A stretch of DNA of 64,000 bases from Vicinamibacteria bacterium (GCA_963422395.1 OY729431.1:1984001-2048000), one strand, 5' to 3'. Shown: positions 9,290 to 20,447, counted from the stretch's first letter. Program-made: numbers and translations. Notes: generated by a model not told the origin, from the letters alone.

Positions 9290-10959
9290 GACCCGTGCCT
9301 CCGCGACACGAACCCCAGCGTCTTCAGATTGTCGGCGATGGCCGCATCGAGCCGCGCGCCTTCCGCCTGCTGCTCGCGCAGTTGCGCGACCAGCCGCTTC
9401 ATCTTGTCTTCGAAGGGCTCGCCGTCCTCCTCCCGGGGTGCGGCGCCCACATAGCGGCCCGGAGTGAGCACATGGTGGTGCTTGCGGACTTCTTCCAGCG
9501 GCGCGCTCCGGCAGAAGCCGGGCAGATCCGCGTATTCGCCCGCACCCTCCCCGCCCCGCCAGGCGTGGTAGGTGCCGGCGATGCGGGCGATGTCCTCGTC
9601 GGTCAGCTCCCGGTGCGTGCGGTCCACCATCCGGCCCAGCTTGCGGGCGTCGAGGAACAGGATTCCGCTCCGCCGATCGCGTAACTTTCCGCCTTCCCGG
9701 CCCCGCGTCAGGAACCACAGGCAGGCCGGGATCTGGGTCGAGTAGAAGAGCTGGCCCGGCAGGGCCACCATGCAGTCCACCAGGCCCGCCTCGATCAGGT
9801 TCTTCCGGATCGCCCCCTCGCCCGACTGGGCCGACGACATCGAGCCGTTGGCGAGCACGAAGCCCGCCGCGCCCCCCGGCGCCAGATGGTGGAGCAGGTG
9901 CTGCACCCAGGCGAAGTTGGCGTTGCCCTTCGGCGGGACTCCGTACCGCCAGCGCCGGTCGTCGGCGAGCCGCTCCCCGCCCCAATCGGACACATTGAAC
10001 GGCGGATTAGCGAGGATGAAATCGGCCTTCAGGTCCGGGTGGCGGTCGTCGTGGAAGCTATCGCCGTGGGCGATACCGCCGCTCTCGATGCCTCGGATGG
10101 CCAGATTCATCTTGGCCAGCCGCCAGGTCGTGTAGTTGGACTCCTGGCCCCAGATCGAGAGGTCGCCCTTCGCCCTCCCGCCGTTGCCGTTGCCGGTAGC
10201 GTGTGCCCGGATGAAGTCCATCGACTGCACGAACATCCCCGCCGAGCCGCAGCAGGGGTCGTACACCCGGCCCCGGTACGGCGCCAGCATCTCGACCAGC
10301 AGCCGGACCACCGAGCGCGGAGTGTAGAACTCACCGCCCTTCTTCCCCTCTGCGCTCGCGAACTGCGAAAGGAAGTATTCGTACACCCGGCCCAGTACAT
10401 CCCGGGAACGGGCCTCCGCGTCGCCCACCCGGAGATCGCCGATCCGGTCGATGAGCTGGCCGAGCCGCTGCTTGTCGAGCGCCGGCCGGGCGTAGTCCTT
10501 CGGCAGGACATCCCCGAGCACCGGGTTGTCGCGCTCGACCGCCGCCATCGCGTCGTCGACGACCTGCCCGATGGTGGGCTGCCGCGCCTGCGCCTGCAGG
10601 CGGTTCCAGCGAGCTTCGGGCGGCACCCAGAAGATGTTCTCGGCGGTGTACTCGTCGCGGTCCTCGGCGGCCTCCGCACCCAGTTCGGCGAGCACTGCCT
10701 CCTGGCGCTCTTCGAAAGCGTCCGAGATGTACTTGAGGAAGATCAGCCCGAGGACGACATGCTTGTACTCGGCGGCGTCCATCGAGCCGCGCAGCGCATC
10801 GGCCATCGCCCACAGCTCGGTCTCGTGTCCGGTCGCGGCGCCCTGGACGGTCGCCGCACTCCTAGCGGCCGTCGTGGCGGCGCTGCTGCCTTTGCCGTTC
10901 GACCCCGACCCTGGCGCCCTACCGCCGGATCGCTGTTTCCTCAGCCTTCCTCGGGCCAT
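9286..10959 (-). CDS. hsdM: Type I R-M DNA methyltransferase subunit M
   Basis: [48 protein letters not shown]; start uncertain (10959 or 10986). Confidence 0.96.
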   Translation of the reverse strand: MARGRLRKQRSGGRAPGSGSNGKGSSAATTAARSAATVQGAATGHETELWAMADALRGSMDAAEYKHVVLGLIFLKYISDAFEERQEAVLAELGAEAAEDRDEYTAENIFWVPPEARWNRLQAQARQPTIGQVVDDAMAAVERDNPVLGDVLPKDYARPALDKQRLGQLIDRIGDLRVGDAEARSRDVLGRVYEYFLSQFASAEGKKGGEFYTPRSVVRLLVEMLAPYRGRVYDPCCGSAGMFVQSMDFIRAHATGNGNGGRAKGDLSIWGQESNYTTWRLAKMNLAIRGIESGGIAHGDSFHDDRHPDLKADFILANPPFNVSDWGGERLADDRRWRYGVPPKGNANFAWVQHLLHHLAPGGAAGFVLANGSMSSAQSGEGAIRKNLIEAGLVDCMVALPGQLFYSTQIPACLWFLTRGREGGKLRDRRSGILFLDARKLGRMVDRTHRELTDEDIARIAGTYHAWRGGEGAGEYADLPGFCRSAPLEEVRKHHHVLTPGRYVGAAPREEDGEPFEDKMKRLVAQLREQQAEGARLDAAIADNLKTLGFVSRRHGS

Positions 10960-10993
10960 GATGCATCCCCCCTTCCGGCCGAACACTCGCTCG

Positions 10994-12463
10994 TCACCCG
11001 CTGCGGCTCGGCTTTTCTCCCGCCGAGGAGTTCAGCCGGCGGGCAGTGTTCACGATCTGCTCCCAGGCTTCGACGACCTGCTCCCGGCGGGTGTGGGTCT
11101 GCGCGACGACCATGCGCAGCGCGATGCCGACGGGCAGACGGGTATGGGTCAGGTAGAGGCGGCCGGACTCGTTCAGCGCGTGGAGCAGGCCCAGGTTGAA
11201 GTCGTCGAGGTCGCCGGCCGCTGCCCGGTAGCGGAAGGTGATGTGGTTCAGGGGCGCCGGGGCCAGAACCTCGAAGTCGGCGTCCGCCTCGACGAATCCC
11301 AGGAACTCCTGGCCGAGCGCCACATGCTCGCGGATGTGGGTGCGCAGCCCGGCAGCACCGTAGTGCCGCAGCACGAACCACAACTTCAGGGCGCGGAAGC
11401 GGCGGCCCAGCGGGATGTGCCAATCCCGGTAGTCGGTGACCTCGCCGGCGGCGGAAGCACGGTTCTTCAGGTACTCCGGGGTCACCGAGAGGGTGTCGGT
11501 GAGCGCCCGGCGGTCGGCGACCCAGAAGGCGTCACAGTCGAAGTTGGTGAACATCCACTTGTGGGGATTGAAGCAATAGGAATCGGCGAACTCGAGCCCG
11601 GCCTGAAGATGGCGGAATTCGGGGCAGAGGAACGCGGTTCCCGACATCGCGGCATCCACATGCACCCAGATCCCCCGCTCGCGGGCGATACGCCCCAGCT
11701 CTCCGAGCGGATCGAAGGCCCCGGTGGAGGTCGTCCCCAGCGTGACCTGGAGGAAGCAGGGGATCTTCCCGGCGCCCCGGTCCTCCTCGACCAGGGCGGC
11801 GAACGACTCGGGGCGGACGGCTCGGGTCACCGGGTCCACCGGGACCTGACGCAGGTTGTCGCTGCCGAGGCCGGCGATTCGCACCGCCTTCAGCAGGGAG
11901 GAATGGGACTCCTCCGAACCGTAGGCGACGAGGGGGGTCCGAACTCCCAGCCGGTTCGACTCGAAGCCGGTAGCCCGCTCGCGCGCCGCGAGCAGCGCGG
12001 TGAGGGTGGCCGAGGAGGCGGTGTCCTGGATGACGCCGCCACCCGGTCCGTCGGAACGGAACGCAGCCGGAAGGTCCAGCAGCTCCGCCAGCCAATCGAG
12101 GACATGGATCTCGAGCTCGGTGCAGGACGGGCTCGTGGCCCAGAGCATTCCGTTCACCCCGAGCCCCGCAGCCAGCAGCTCGCCGAGCACCGACGGGCCC
12201 GAGTTGTTGGCGGGGAAGAATCCGAAAAAGCGCGGGGACTGCCAGTGGGTGAGCCCGGGCAGCACCACGCGGTCGAGGTCGCGCAGCACCGCCTCGAACG
12301 GCTCTCCGTTCTCCGGCGGAGCGGCGGGAAGCAGAGCCCGAATCTCGCCGGGACGGACCCGAGAGGCCACGGGCAGCTCGCCGACTCTCTCCCAGTAGTC
12401 GGCGATCCAGTCCAGGACGGCCTGACCGTTCCGAACGAATTCGGCGGGGCTCAGGTGAGCCAC
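10994..12463 (-). CDS. ddc: Aromatic L-amino acid decarboxylase (group II PLP)
   Basis: [30 protein letters not shown] (PLP lysine), [18 protein letters not shown]. Confidence 0.9.
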   Translation of the reverse strand: MAHLSPAEFVRNGQAVLDWIADYWERVGELPVASRVRPGEIRALLPAAPPENGEPFEAVLRDLDRVVLPGLTHWQSPRFFGFFPANNSGPSVLGELLAAGLGVNGMLWATSPSCTELEIHVLDWLAELLDLPAAFRSDGPGGGVIQDTASSATLTALLAARERATGFESNRLGVRTPLVAYGSEESHSSLLKAVRIAGLGSDNLRQVPVDPVTRAVRPESFAALVEEDRGAGKIPCFLQVTLGTTSTGAFDPLGELGRIARERGIWVHVDAAMSGTAFLCPEFRHLQAGLEFADSYCFNPHKWMFTNFDCDAFWVADRRALTDTLSVTPEYLKNRASAAGEVTDYRDWHIPLGRRFRALKLWFVLRHYGAAGLRTHIREHVALGQEFLGFVEADADFEVLAPAPLNHITFRYRAAAGDLDDFNLGLLHALNESGRLYLTHTRLPVGIALRMVVAQTHTRREQVVEAWEQIVNTARRLNSSAGEKPSRSG

Positions 12464-12515
12464 AGGACGCTATCTCCTCCTGATCGGTGCCCCGTCGGGC
12501 GGCGATCTCCGCGGT

Positions 12516-12839
12516 TCAGAGACGATCGATCTTCGCCGCCAGGATGAAGTCGCTCTCGGTGAGGCCGCCCACCTTGTGAGTCCAGAGAGTGACTTCGACC
12601 CGGCCCCAGGCGACCAGCAGGTCCGGGTGGTGCCCTTCGGCTTCGGCCACCTCCCCGACCCGATTCGCGAACGCGAGGGCGCCCGCGAAGTCCGGAAACA
12701 CGAAAGTTCGGGAGATTCTCCGGTACTCCTCCTGCCCCCATCCCTCCACCTCGCTGAGGTATTCCGCGACTGTCTCCCGACCCATCGGCGGCACCCCACC
12801 GCGGCACGGAACGCAGCTCCTGGCAGCGAGATCGCTCAT
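12516..12839 (-). CDS. phhB: Pterin-4a-carbinolamine dehydratase
   Basis: CVPCRGG, AEAEGHHPDL, WTHKVGGLTESDFILAAKID. Confidence 0.92.
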   Translation of the reverse strand: MSDLAARSCVPCRGGVPPMGRETVAEYLSEVEGWGQEEYRRISRTFVFPDFAGALAFANRVGEVAEAEGHHPDLLVAWGRVEVTLWTHKVGGLTESDFILAAKIDRL

Positions 12840-12849
12840 CTGGGAGATT

Positions 12850-14322
12850 CTAATCGCCCGGCAGCGCGCCAAGCCTGGATTTCCGCAGCAGGCCGTGGCG
12901 TTTCATCTTCTCGTGGAGGGTGGTCGGGTTCAGTTGCAGGATCCGGGCGGCGCCCTTCTGGCTTCCCCGAGAGCGGCGAAGCGCGCTCTCGATGATCGTC
13001 CGTTCGACTCCCTGGAGGATCTCCTTCAGCGGGCGGGCGTCGAGATGCGGCGGGTTCGGCTGCGAGCGGTCGAGCAGCGGACAGAAGCTCTCCGGCAGCA
13101 CCGAGCCGGTAAAACCCGAAACCGCCGCAGTCGCCACTGCGCTTTCCACACACATGCGCAGCTCGGCCGTGTTTCCCGGCCAGTCGTGGGCGGTGTATGC
13201 CTCGATCGCCGCCCGCGGCATCCCGAAAGGACCGACTCCGGACCTGCGGCAGGCCTCCGAAAGGAACCGCAGGATGAGAGCCGGGACATCCTCACGCCGC
13301 GCGCGCAGCGGCGGGATGCTGAAGACGATGGTCCTGCGCCGCTTCCGAAGACGGGCGGAAAAAGCCCCGTCGCGGTTTCCGTTCCGATCCCCGGAATCCG
13401 TCGAGACCAGCAGCCGGAAAGGCCCCGGACGGCGGAGGGCGTCCTCGAGGATCGCCTGATCGGAAGCGGCCAACCTCTCGATGCCGCTGAGATAGACGCT
13501 TCCGGGCCGGGGCCAGGGATTCGACGATCCAGGACCCGCAGCGCGGCGAAACTCCCGGAAGACCGCACCCAGTTCCCCGGCAGGGAGGTCTGACGACTGC
13601 AGCCTGACGAAGGCGAGCGACGATCTCCGGCCCAGCCGGTGGACGAGTTCGGCAGCCAGCCGCCGTCCGCTCCCGGATTCGCCCAGGACGAGAACCGGGG
13701 CCTCGGCGAAAGCGGCGGTGGTGATGGCGCCCCGGACCGAGGCAGCTTCGGCCGAACAGCCGACGAAGTCGTCCAGGCGGACTGCCGCCCGGAGCTCCTT
13801 GCGCAAAAGCCGGTTCTCCGTCAGCAGCCTGCGGTACACCAGGGCGGCGTCGAGGGCGCCGAAAAGCGCCTCGCGGGAGACCGGCAACGGCACCAGCCGC
13901 GGGCGATGGGGCCCGAGCCCGTCGAAGCGGGGCCAGGGCGCCTCGGGTTCGGTCAGGGCGACCGTCGCCGTTTCCGCGCCGAGTTCGGGGAGCACCGCCG
14001 GCGATTCGAAACCGGTGAGCATCTCGAAAATCACCACCGAGGCGCCGGCCAGCTGTCGCGCAACGGCTTCCTGCGGCAAAATCGGAAGTCGAGTTACCTG
14101 CCAGGATGCGTCGGTGAGAAATCGCGCCGCATCGCGCGCGGCCGCCCCCGCACCCACGACCACGACTCGCTCCGCCTCGGCGGCCCGCGCCGGCTTCGGC
14201 AGAGCCGCAGGAAGCGCCCAGGGATGCGGAGCAGCGAACTCCCTAACAGCGAGTCCCGCCTGCTGGAAGTCCTCGATCCCCGGCGCGGGAGCGGTCCCCG
14301 CGCTTGCTGTCAGCCTCCTCAC
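12850..14322 (-). CDS. Sigma54-type Fis-family regulator with degenerate AAA+ domain
   Basis: VLVLGESGSG, IPPLRARREDV, HDWPGNTAEL and a C-terminal Fis HTH (SQKGAARILQLNPTTLHEKMKRHG). Confidence 0.8.
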   Translation of the reverse strand: MRRLTASAGTAPAPGIEDFQQAGLAVREFAAPHPWALPAALPKPARAAEAERVVVVGAGAAARDAARFLTDASWQVTRLPILPQEAVARQLAGASVVIFEMLTGFESPAVLPELGAETATVALTEPEAPWPRFDGLGPHRPRLVPLPVSREALFGALDAALVYRRLLTENRLLRKELRAAVRLDDFVGCSAEAASVRGAITTAAFAEAPVLVLGESGSGRRLAAELVHRLGRRSSLAFVRLQSSDLPAGELGAVFREFRRAAGPGSSNPWPRPGSVYLSGIERLAASDQAILEDALRRPGPFRLLVSTDSGDRNGNRDGAFSARLRKRRRTIVFSIPPLRARREDVPALILRFLSEACRRSGVGPFGMPRAAIEAYTAHDWPGNTAELRMCVESAVATAAVSGFTGSVLPESFCPLLDRSQPNPPHLDARPLKEILQGVERTIIESALRRSRGSQKGAARILQLNPTTLHEKMKRHGLLRKSRLGALPGD

Positions 14323-14363
14323 TCTCGGCGCTCACCCCACTTCATCCATCAAGCTGCTAAACG

Positions 14364-15005
14364 CTACCGGGAGGAAATGGTTCCGCGCGCCGCGGGAGCG
14401 CCGGACAGGGCTTCGAGAAAATGGGCGTGGATGCGTGGGTCCTCGGTGAGTTCGGGATGGAAGGTGGTCGCCAGCACGCGGCCCTGCCGCACGAACACGG
14501 GCTGGCCGCGCCAGGCAGCCAGCACCTGCACCCGGCGGCCAGTGGTGGTGATCACCGGGGCCCGGATCATCACCAGCGGCAGGTCCGGCTCGCCCAGTTC
14601 GGAGCATGGCGCAGTGCCGAGATGACTTTCGAGCTGGCGTCCGTACCCATTGCGCCGGATCTCGATGTCCAGCAGTCCGAGCGACGGCTGTTCCGGATTG
14701 CAGACCTCGCGCGCGAGCAGGATGGCGCCGGCACAGGTCCCGAAGAGGGCACCCCCTTGCCGATGGAAGGCGCGCAGCGGCTCCAGCAAGTTCTCCTCGA
14801 CGAGAAATTGCAGCATCGTCGAGCTCTCGCCGCCGGGAAGGATGATCCCGGAAAGCCCTTCGAGCGCCGGCACCCGGCGGATTTCCACGGCATCCACGCC
14901 CAGCCGGCGAAGCATCCCGATGTGGAGCGCGAAATTGCCCTGGAGGGCGAGGACACCGACCCGAGGGGGACCGGGGGAGCCGGGGCCCGAGGGAGTTTCA
15001 GCCAT
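14364..15005 (-). CDS. pdxT: PLP synthase glutaminase subunit
   Basis: GVLALQGNF, LPGGESST, GTCAG, RNGYGRQ, FHPEL. Confidence 0.95.
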   Translation of the reverse strand: MAETPSGPGSPGPPRVGVLALQGNFALHIGMLRRLGVDAVEIRRVPALEGLSGIILPGGESSTMLQFLVEENLLEPLRAFHRQGGALFGTCAGAILLAREVCNPEQPSLGLLDIEIRRNGYGRQLESHLGTAPCSELGEPDLPLVMIRAPVITTTGRRVQVLAAWRGQPVFVRQGRVLATTFHPELTEDPRIHAHFLEALSGAPAARGTISSR

Positions 15006-15107
15006 CGCGCGGGGGGTTCGAGGCGCCCCGGGCCGCCGCACCGCGCGGGCGTTCGACCCGAACGCCGGCGGAAATCGGAGACCGCGGAGCGATCGCTGAT
15101 CGACTCC

Positions 15108-15986
15108 TCAGTTGCCCCGGGTCTGGAGCAGCTGTTCCTCCGGCAGGGATGCGATATCGAGGCCGCGCATGGGCTCTTTGAGGCCCATCGAGACTTCGAC
15201 CAGCATTCCCGGATCTTGGTGGTGGGTCACCGCCTTGACGATCGCCTTGGCCCGCACCTCGGGATCGGGGGACTTGAAGATGCCGGACCCGACGAAGATC
15301 GATTCGGCGCCGAGCTGCATGCAGAGCGCCGCATCTGCTGGCGTCGCCACCCCTCCGGCAGCGAAATTGGGGACGGGAAGCCGCCCTTCCCGGGCGACGA
15401 GCCGAACCAGCTCGTAAGGCGCGCGGAGGTTCTTGGCCTCGGACATGAGTTCGCCGTCGCCGAGCACCGTCAGCCGACGCAGCTGACCACCGATGCGCCG
15501 CAGGTGGCGGACCGCCTCCACGATATTTCCCGAGCCCGCCTCTCCCTTGGTGCGGATGAGCGCGGCTCCCTCGCCGATCCGCCGCAGCGCCTCCCCGAGA
15601 TCCCGGCAGCCGCACACGAACGGCACATCGAAGGAATGCTTGTCGATGTGGTTCTCCTCGTCGGCCGGGGTCAGGACTTCACTCTCGTCCACGAAGTCCA
15701 CCCCCATGTGCTGCAGGATCTGCGCTTCGGCGAAGTGACCGATGCGGACCTTGGCCATCACCGGAATGCTGACCGCCTCCATGATCTCCTGGATCTTCTC
15801 GGGCGAGGACATCCGGGCGACCCCACCGTCCCGCCGGATATCGGCGGGGACCCGTTCGAGCGCCATCACGCTCACCGCGCCGGCGTCTTCGGCGATCCGG
15901 GCCTGTTCGGCGTTCGTCACATCCATGATCGCGCCGCCCTTCAGCATGTCGGCGAGACCGGTCTTCAGACGGAATTCGGTGCTCAT
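15108..15986 (-). CDS. pdxS: PLP synthase lyase subunit
   Basis: [51 protein letters not shown]. Confidence 0.98.
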   Translation of the reverse strand: MSTEFRLKTGLADMLKGGAIMDVTNAEQARIAEDAGAVSVMALERVPADIRRDGGVARMSSPEKIQEIMEAVSIPVMAKVRIGHFAEAQILQHMGVDFVDESEVLTPADEENHIDKHSFDVPFVCGCRDLGEALRRIGEGAALIRTKGEAGSGNIVEAVRHLRRIGGQLRRLTVLGDGELMSEAKNLRAPYELVRLVAREGRLPVPNFAAGGVATPADAALCMQLGAESIFVGSGIFKSPDPEVRAKAIVKAVTHHQDPGMLVEVSMGLKEPMRGLDIASLPEEQLLQTRGN

Positions 15987-16993
15987 CGCGTTCTCCTGGG
16001 GACGCCGGACAAGCCGCCGCCCATTGGAATCTGTACCGTGGGAACTCTACCCCCCGAAGGGGGCCGCCGCACCTGCGCGATCGCGATTCCGAAAACGATC
16101 AGGACCGCCCCCGAGACCCGCACCATTTCCAGGGATTCTCCGAGCCAGACCCAGGAGATGGCCAGCGCCGGAAGCGGCAGCACATTCGAGTACACCCCGG
16201 TCAGGGTCGGCCCTACACGGCCCGACGCATAGCTCCACAGCGTGTTGCCCACCGCGAGCGCAGCGATCCCGGACGCGATCGCCGCGGCCCAGAAAGCGCC
16301 GGGGGCGGCAAGGAGGTTCGCAAGAGAAGCCGCGGGGGAATCCGCGGTCGCGAGCAGCAACGGCGCCGGCAGCCAGAGAAAGAGCGTTGCGAGCCCCGTC
16401 GTCCAGGCCCCGACCCGAAGCGCTCCGTAACGGCGAACCATCGCTGCCCCCCGCACCGTATAGACCGCCCAGCCGAGCATCGCCAGGAACAGACCGAGGT
16501 TCCCCAGATGAGCGGCCACGCTCTCTTCGGTGCCCGACACCAGCAGGATCCCGCCGCCGGACAGCGCCAGCCCGAGCGCGGTGCGGCGGCAGAACGGCTC
16601 GGTGCGCGTCATCCAGGCGATCGCCGCGATCGCTACCGGGGCGAGCGAGAGGATGAGAGCCGAGCTGGACGCCGACGAGGCGTGGGTTCCGTGGATGAAC
16701 CCGACCTGGAAGACCACATGGCCGCTGAGGGCGAGAAGCGCCAGGGGCCCGAGATCCCGCGGGTCGAAGCGCCGCAGCCGCGGCGCAAGCGCCAGCAGCG
16801 GCAGGAGGAGTAGGGAGGCGGCGGTCAGGCGGAGCAGGTTGAAGACATACGGGTTCCCGAGGCCGACGCCGTACTTGACGACGCTGAGACTCGACGCCCA
16901 AACGACGACCACCACTCCGAGCGCCGCCCCGGCAAGCCCGAAGCGGTGTCCCCCAGACCCCGCGGCAGCCCCGGCCCGCGACGGGCCGATCAC
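15983..16993 (-). CDS. DMT/EamA-family transporter
   Basis: About 10 hydrophobic segments in two EamA-like halves; WLGESL near the C-terminus. Confidence 0.85.
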   Translation of the reverse strand: MIGPSRAGAAAGSGGHRFGLAGAALGVVVVVWASSLSVVKYGVGLGNPYVFNLLRLTAASLLLLPLLALAPRLRRFDPRDLGPLALLALSGHVVFQVGFIHGTHASSASSSALILSLAPVAIAAIAWMTRTEPFCRRTALGLALSGGGILLVSGTEESVAAHLGNLGLFLAMLGWAVYTVRGAAMVRRYGALRVGAWTTGLATLFLWLPAPLLLATADSPAASLANLLAAPGAFWAAAIASGIAALAVGNTLWSYASGRVGPTLTGVYSNVLPLPALAISWVWLGESLEMVRVSGAVLIVFGIAIAQVRRPPSGGRVPTVQIPMGGGLSGVPRRTR

Positions 16994-17018
16994 GACGGGC
17001 AGGCCCGATCGGACCCGC

Positions 17019-17915
17019 TTACATCATCCGTCGGAGGATTCGGTCTCGCTGTTCCCGGGTGATCGCCTCCGGGACATGCGAAACGGGCGGTGCGCCGCCG
17101 TCCAGAATCGGTTCGAGCGCGTGGAGCGGCGCCGCGCTCTGGTCCTGGAAGAAAAGCCCGGTGCAGATCCGCTCCTCCCATTCCACTGCCCTTTCGCAGG
17201 CAGCCTTCCAGTCGGAGGGGTCGTGATCCTCGTCTTCGAGCGGAGCGATCCGCTTGCGGAAGAAGTCGTAGGTGTTGTCGCGGTTGAAGGTCACGCAGGG
17301 ACTGAAGACATCGATCACCGCGAAGCCCCGATGCTGGATCGCGCCCTCGATGAGCCGGACGAGCTGCTTGATGTTCCCGGAGAAGCCCCGCGCCACATAG
17401 GTCGCGCCGTTCATGATCGCCGAGGTGATCGGATTCACCGGCCGCTCGATGTTTCCGAAGGGGGTGCTCTTGGTCTTCATCCCCAGGCTGCTGCTCGGAG
17501 ATACCTGCCCGGTGGTGAGTCCGTAGATCTGGTTGTTCATCACCAGGTAGGTCAGATCCACATTGCGCCGGGCGGTGTGGGTGAAGTGGTTGCCTCCGAT
17601 GCCGTAGCCGTCCCCGTCGCCGCCAGTGACCAGCACGGTCAGTGTCTGGTTCGCCATCTTCACTCCGGTGGCCACGGCGAGCGAGCGCCCGTGGAGGGTG
17701 TGCATGCCGTAGGAGTTGAAAAATCCAGGGAAGTTGGAGGAACACCCGATGCCGCTGACGCAGACGATTTCGTGTGGCTTCAGACCCAGTCCGGCCACCG
17801 ACATCTGGGTGGCACGCAGGAGCGCGAAGTCGCCGCAGCCAGGACACCAGTCCGGATCCACCTTCCCCTTGAAATCCTTGGCGGTCAGCGGCTTTTCCCT
17901 GAGCTCGATGGTCAT
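17019..17915 (-). CDS. korB: 2-oxoacid:ferredoxin oxidoreductase beta subunit
   Basis: WCPGCGDF, SGIGCSS, GGDGDGYGIGGNH, NNQIYGLTTGQ, SPCVTFN. Confidence 0.93.
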   Translation of the reverse strand: MTIELREKPLTAKDFKGKVDPDWCPGCGDFALLRATQMSVAGLGLKPHEIVCVSGIGCSSNFPGFFNSYGMHTLHGRSLAVATGVKMANQTLTVLVTGGDGDGYGIGGNHFTHTARRNVDLTYLVMNNQIYGLTTGQVSPSSSLGMKTKSTPFGNIERPVNPITSAIMNGATYVARGFSGNIKQLVRLIEGAIQHRGFAVIDVFSPCVTFNRDNTYDFFRKRIAPLEDEDHDPSDWKAACERAVEWEERICTGLFFQDQSAAPLHALEPILDGGAPPVSHVPEAITREQRDRILRRMM

Positions 17916-17940
17916 GAAGTCTCCTGAGGTGGTCCCCCGG

Positions 17941-19728
17941 TCAGACGAGGATTTCCTGGTCCGGGACGAACACCCCGCCCGGGACCTCCTCGGCGAGATG
18001 CGAGCGAACCCCGTCCACGATGTGGTGGGGCATGAACGGCTCGCCGTCGTATTTTCGGATATGCCCGTCGGCGCTGATCCCGGTTTCCCCGCGCAGGAAG
18101 CGGTGGAATTGCCCGGAGTGGTTGTTCTCGACGATGAGCGTCTTCCGGGCGCCGAGAAGCGCCGCCGCCATCGCTTCGCCGTGGAAGGGAAAGAGCCACT
18201 TGACCGCGATCCGATTCACGCGGACGCCTTCCGCCTGCAGCTGCTCCATCGCCTCACCGATCACACCCCAGGTGGAGCCCCAGCCGACGAGGGTGACTTC
18301 GGCGTCCGGGTCGCCCTCGATCTCCGGCGTGGGGATGCGAGTGAGGAAATCGTCGAGCTTGCGAGCCCGCTTTTCGACCATCTGCCGGCGTTTGATGGGG
18401 TTCGTGAACTCGTCGGAGATGAGAATCCCCTCTTCGTCGTGTTCGTCGGTCGCGACGACATGCACATGTCCGGGAACCCCGGGTACGGCCCGCGGCGAAA
18501 TGCCGTCGGCGGTGTCCAGATAGCGGTTGTAGCCCGCCTGCTCACCGTTCGCATCGCGGATCAGCTTGCCGCGTTCGATCGGAGGGAACATGTCGATGTC
18601 GTTCGGCGGAACGCTGAAGGTCCCCTCGGAGATGAGCAGATCCGAGAGCACGATCGCCGGACACTGGTAGCGGTCGGCGAGGTTGAACACATCCCCGATC
18701 GTCGAGAAGGCATCGTGGGCACTCTTCGGAGCGACCACGATCCGCTCGAAGTCTCCCTGGCTCGCTCCGAGCGCCTGCCAGAGATCCCCCTGCTCGGTCT
18801 TGGTGGGGACGCCGGTCGAAGGGCCGGCGCGCATCACATTGATGAAGACCACCGGAATCTCCATCATCGCCGCCGCACCGATGGCTTCGGTCATCAGCGC
18901 GAAGCCGCCGCCTGAAGTCGCGCACATGGTCCGAGCGCCGGTATGGGCCGCGCCGATGGCCATGTTGGCGACCCCGATCTCGTCCTCCACCTGCCGCACC
19001 ATGATCCCGAGTTCACGGGCGTTCTTCGCCATCCAATGCAGTACTCCGGTCGAGGGGCTCATCGGATAGGCGCAATAGAACTTGACCCCGGCAGCGGCCC
19101 CGCCCATCGCGAGGGCATCGTTCCCGGTCCAGACCGCGAGCGGTTCGGGGTTTTCGGGAAGCGAAGCGGTGCATGGGGGGAAATGTGCGCTCGAAAACTC
19201 GAACCCTGCGCGGGCAACCGCGACATTCGAGGTCACCACCGCCTCGCCCTTGCGCTGGAATTGCAGTGCCAGCGCTTCCTCGAGTACAGAGAAGTCGACT
19301 CCGAGGAGATGGGCCATGACCCCGAGGGCCGCGGTGTTCTGCGCCAGCTTGTTCTTCTGGTCGCCGGTCATCTCGGCCACCGGCATGCCGCACAGGTTGA
19401 CGCCCTCCTGATGCTCGCCGGGAGTGACCGAATCGGAGTTGTAGAGCGCGTAGGCCCCCGGACCCAGATGGCGCAGATGCCGGGTCATGGTGTCCTGATT
19501 GAGGCAGAGCAAGAGGTCCATCCGGTCGCCGTGCGAGGTTACTTCCCGATCCCCGATCCGCATGGTGAGCAGGATGTGCCCCCCCCGGATGATGGACTGG
19601 TAGGCGTTGTAAGCGTTGAGATGAAGGCCCCGACGGACGAACATCCGCGCGAGGATGTTTCCGGGGGTGGCGATGCCCTGCCCGGCTGCCCCCCCGATGA
19701 CGATGGTGAAATCGAAGCCTCGTGTCAT
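17941..19728 (-). CDS. korA: 2-oxoacid:ferredoxin oxidoreductase alpha subunit (gamma-alpha fusion)
   Basis: GGAAGQGI, YPMSPST, QVEDEI, TSGGGFALM, RAGPSTGVPT. Confidence 0.93.
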   Translation of the reverse strand: MTRGFDFTIVIGGAAGQGIATPGNILARMFVRRGLHLNAYNAYQSIIRGGHILLTMRIGDREVTSHGDRMDLLLCLNQDTMTRHLRHLGPGAYALYNSDSVTPGEHQEGVNLCGMPVAEMTGDQKNKLAQNTAALGVMAHLLGVDFSVLEEALALQFQRKGEAVVTSNVAVARAGFEFSSAHFPPCTASLPENPEPLAVWTGNDALAMGGAAAGVKFYCAYPMSPSTGVLHWMAKNARELGIMVRQVEDEIGVANMAIGAAHTGARTMCATSGGGFALMTEAIGAAAMMEIPVVFINVMRAGPSTGVPTKTEQGDLWQALGASQGDFERIVVAPKSAHDAFSTIGDVFNLADRYQCPAIVLSDLLISEGTFSVPPNDIDMFPPIERGKLIRDANGEQAGYNRYLDTADGISPRAVPGVPGHVHVVATDEHDEEGILISDEFTNPIKRRQMVEKRARKLDDFLTRIPTPEIEGDPDAEVTLVGWGSTWGVIGEAMEQLQAEGVRVNRIAVKWLFPFHGEAMAAALLGARKTLIVENNHSGQFHRFLRGETGISADGHIRKYDGEPFMPHHIVDGVRSHLAEEVPGGVFVPDQEILV

Positions 19729-19885
19729 GTGGGAGTCGGTGACCTTGCCTAGGAACCTTTCTGTTGTCTTGCGCTGATGGGATCTGCTGTTGCGCCCACC
19801 GTACCCGTCTCCCGGAATGGCGGGACACCGGCCGCTGACGCGAACGGACCCGAAATCGTATCACCTCGGCGGCTGAGCGGCCCGG

Positions 19886-20447
19886 GAGCGGGGCGGGATG
19901 CCGGGTTGCCTCTCGCGTCGCCTGGGAGGATCCAAGACGCCCCGCTCCCGGACCGCCCGGCGCTCCGCGCCGCGAATCCGAACTCGCTGCCTTATGGCAG
20001 GAGTTCGGATTCGGTTTTGCTGATTCGTGAACGGGGGTAAACCCCCTTTCACACTTTCCCCCGCTGCGACGCTCCCGAAGCTCCGCTTCGGGCGCAACAT
20101 GTCGTTTTTTCGGCCACGGACGGGGGGCACAGCTCTCTCGAGCGGGGCGGGATGCCGGGTCGCCTCTCCCGCGCCCTCGCGGGAAGAGCGTTCTTGCCGA
20201 TGGAGCAGTATCTGTATCTCTCGCGTTGCCTCTCTCGCGCCCTCGCGGGAAGAGCGAGGACGCCCTCCCGGACCGCCCGGCGCTCCGCGCCGCGAATCCG
20301 AACTCGCTGCCTATGGCAGGAGTTCGAATTCGGTTTTGCTAATTCGTGAAGCTCCGCTTCGGGCGCGCTCCCGGACCGCTGCCGGGAGCTTCGGGCGCAA
20401 CGGACGGGGGGCACAGCTCTCTCGAGCGGGGCGGGATGCCGGGTCGC
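19886..20447. repeat. Mosaic intergenic direct repeats with hairpins (REP/MITE-like)
   Basis: About 87-bp module at 19945-20031 and 20265-20350 (3 differences); 48-bp identical module at 20116-20163 and 20400-20447; GAGCGGGGCGGGATGCCGGGT at 19886, 20140 and 20424. Confidence 0.85.

Noticed and set aside
9290-9985. Long N-terminal extension on the HEPN ORF
   Set aside because: Alternative frame within hsdM; the HEPN domain begins at ATG 9289.
19886-20447. Possible CRISPR array
   Set aside because: Irregular, long spacing, intervening segments that are themselves repeated, and no cas genes.
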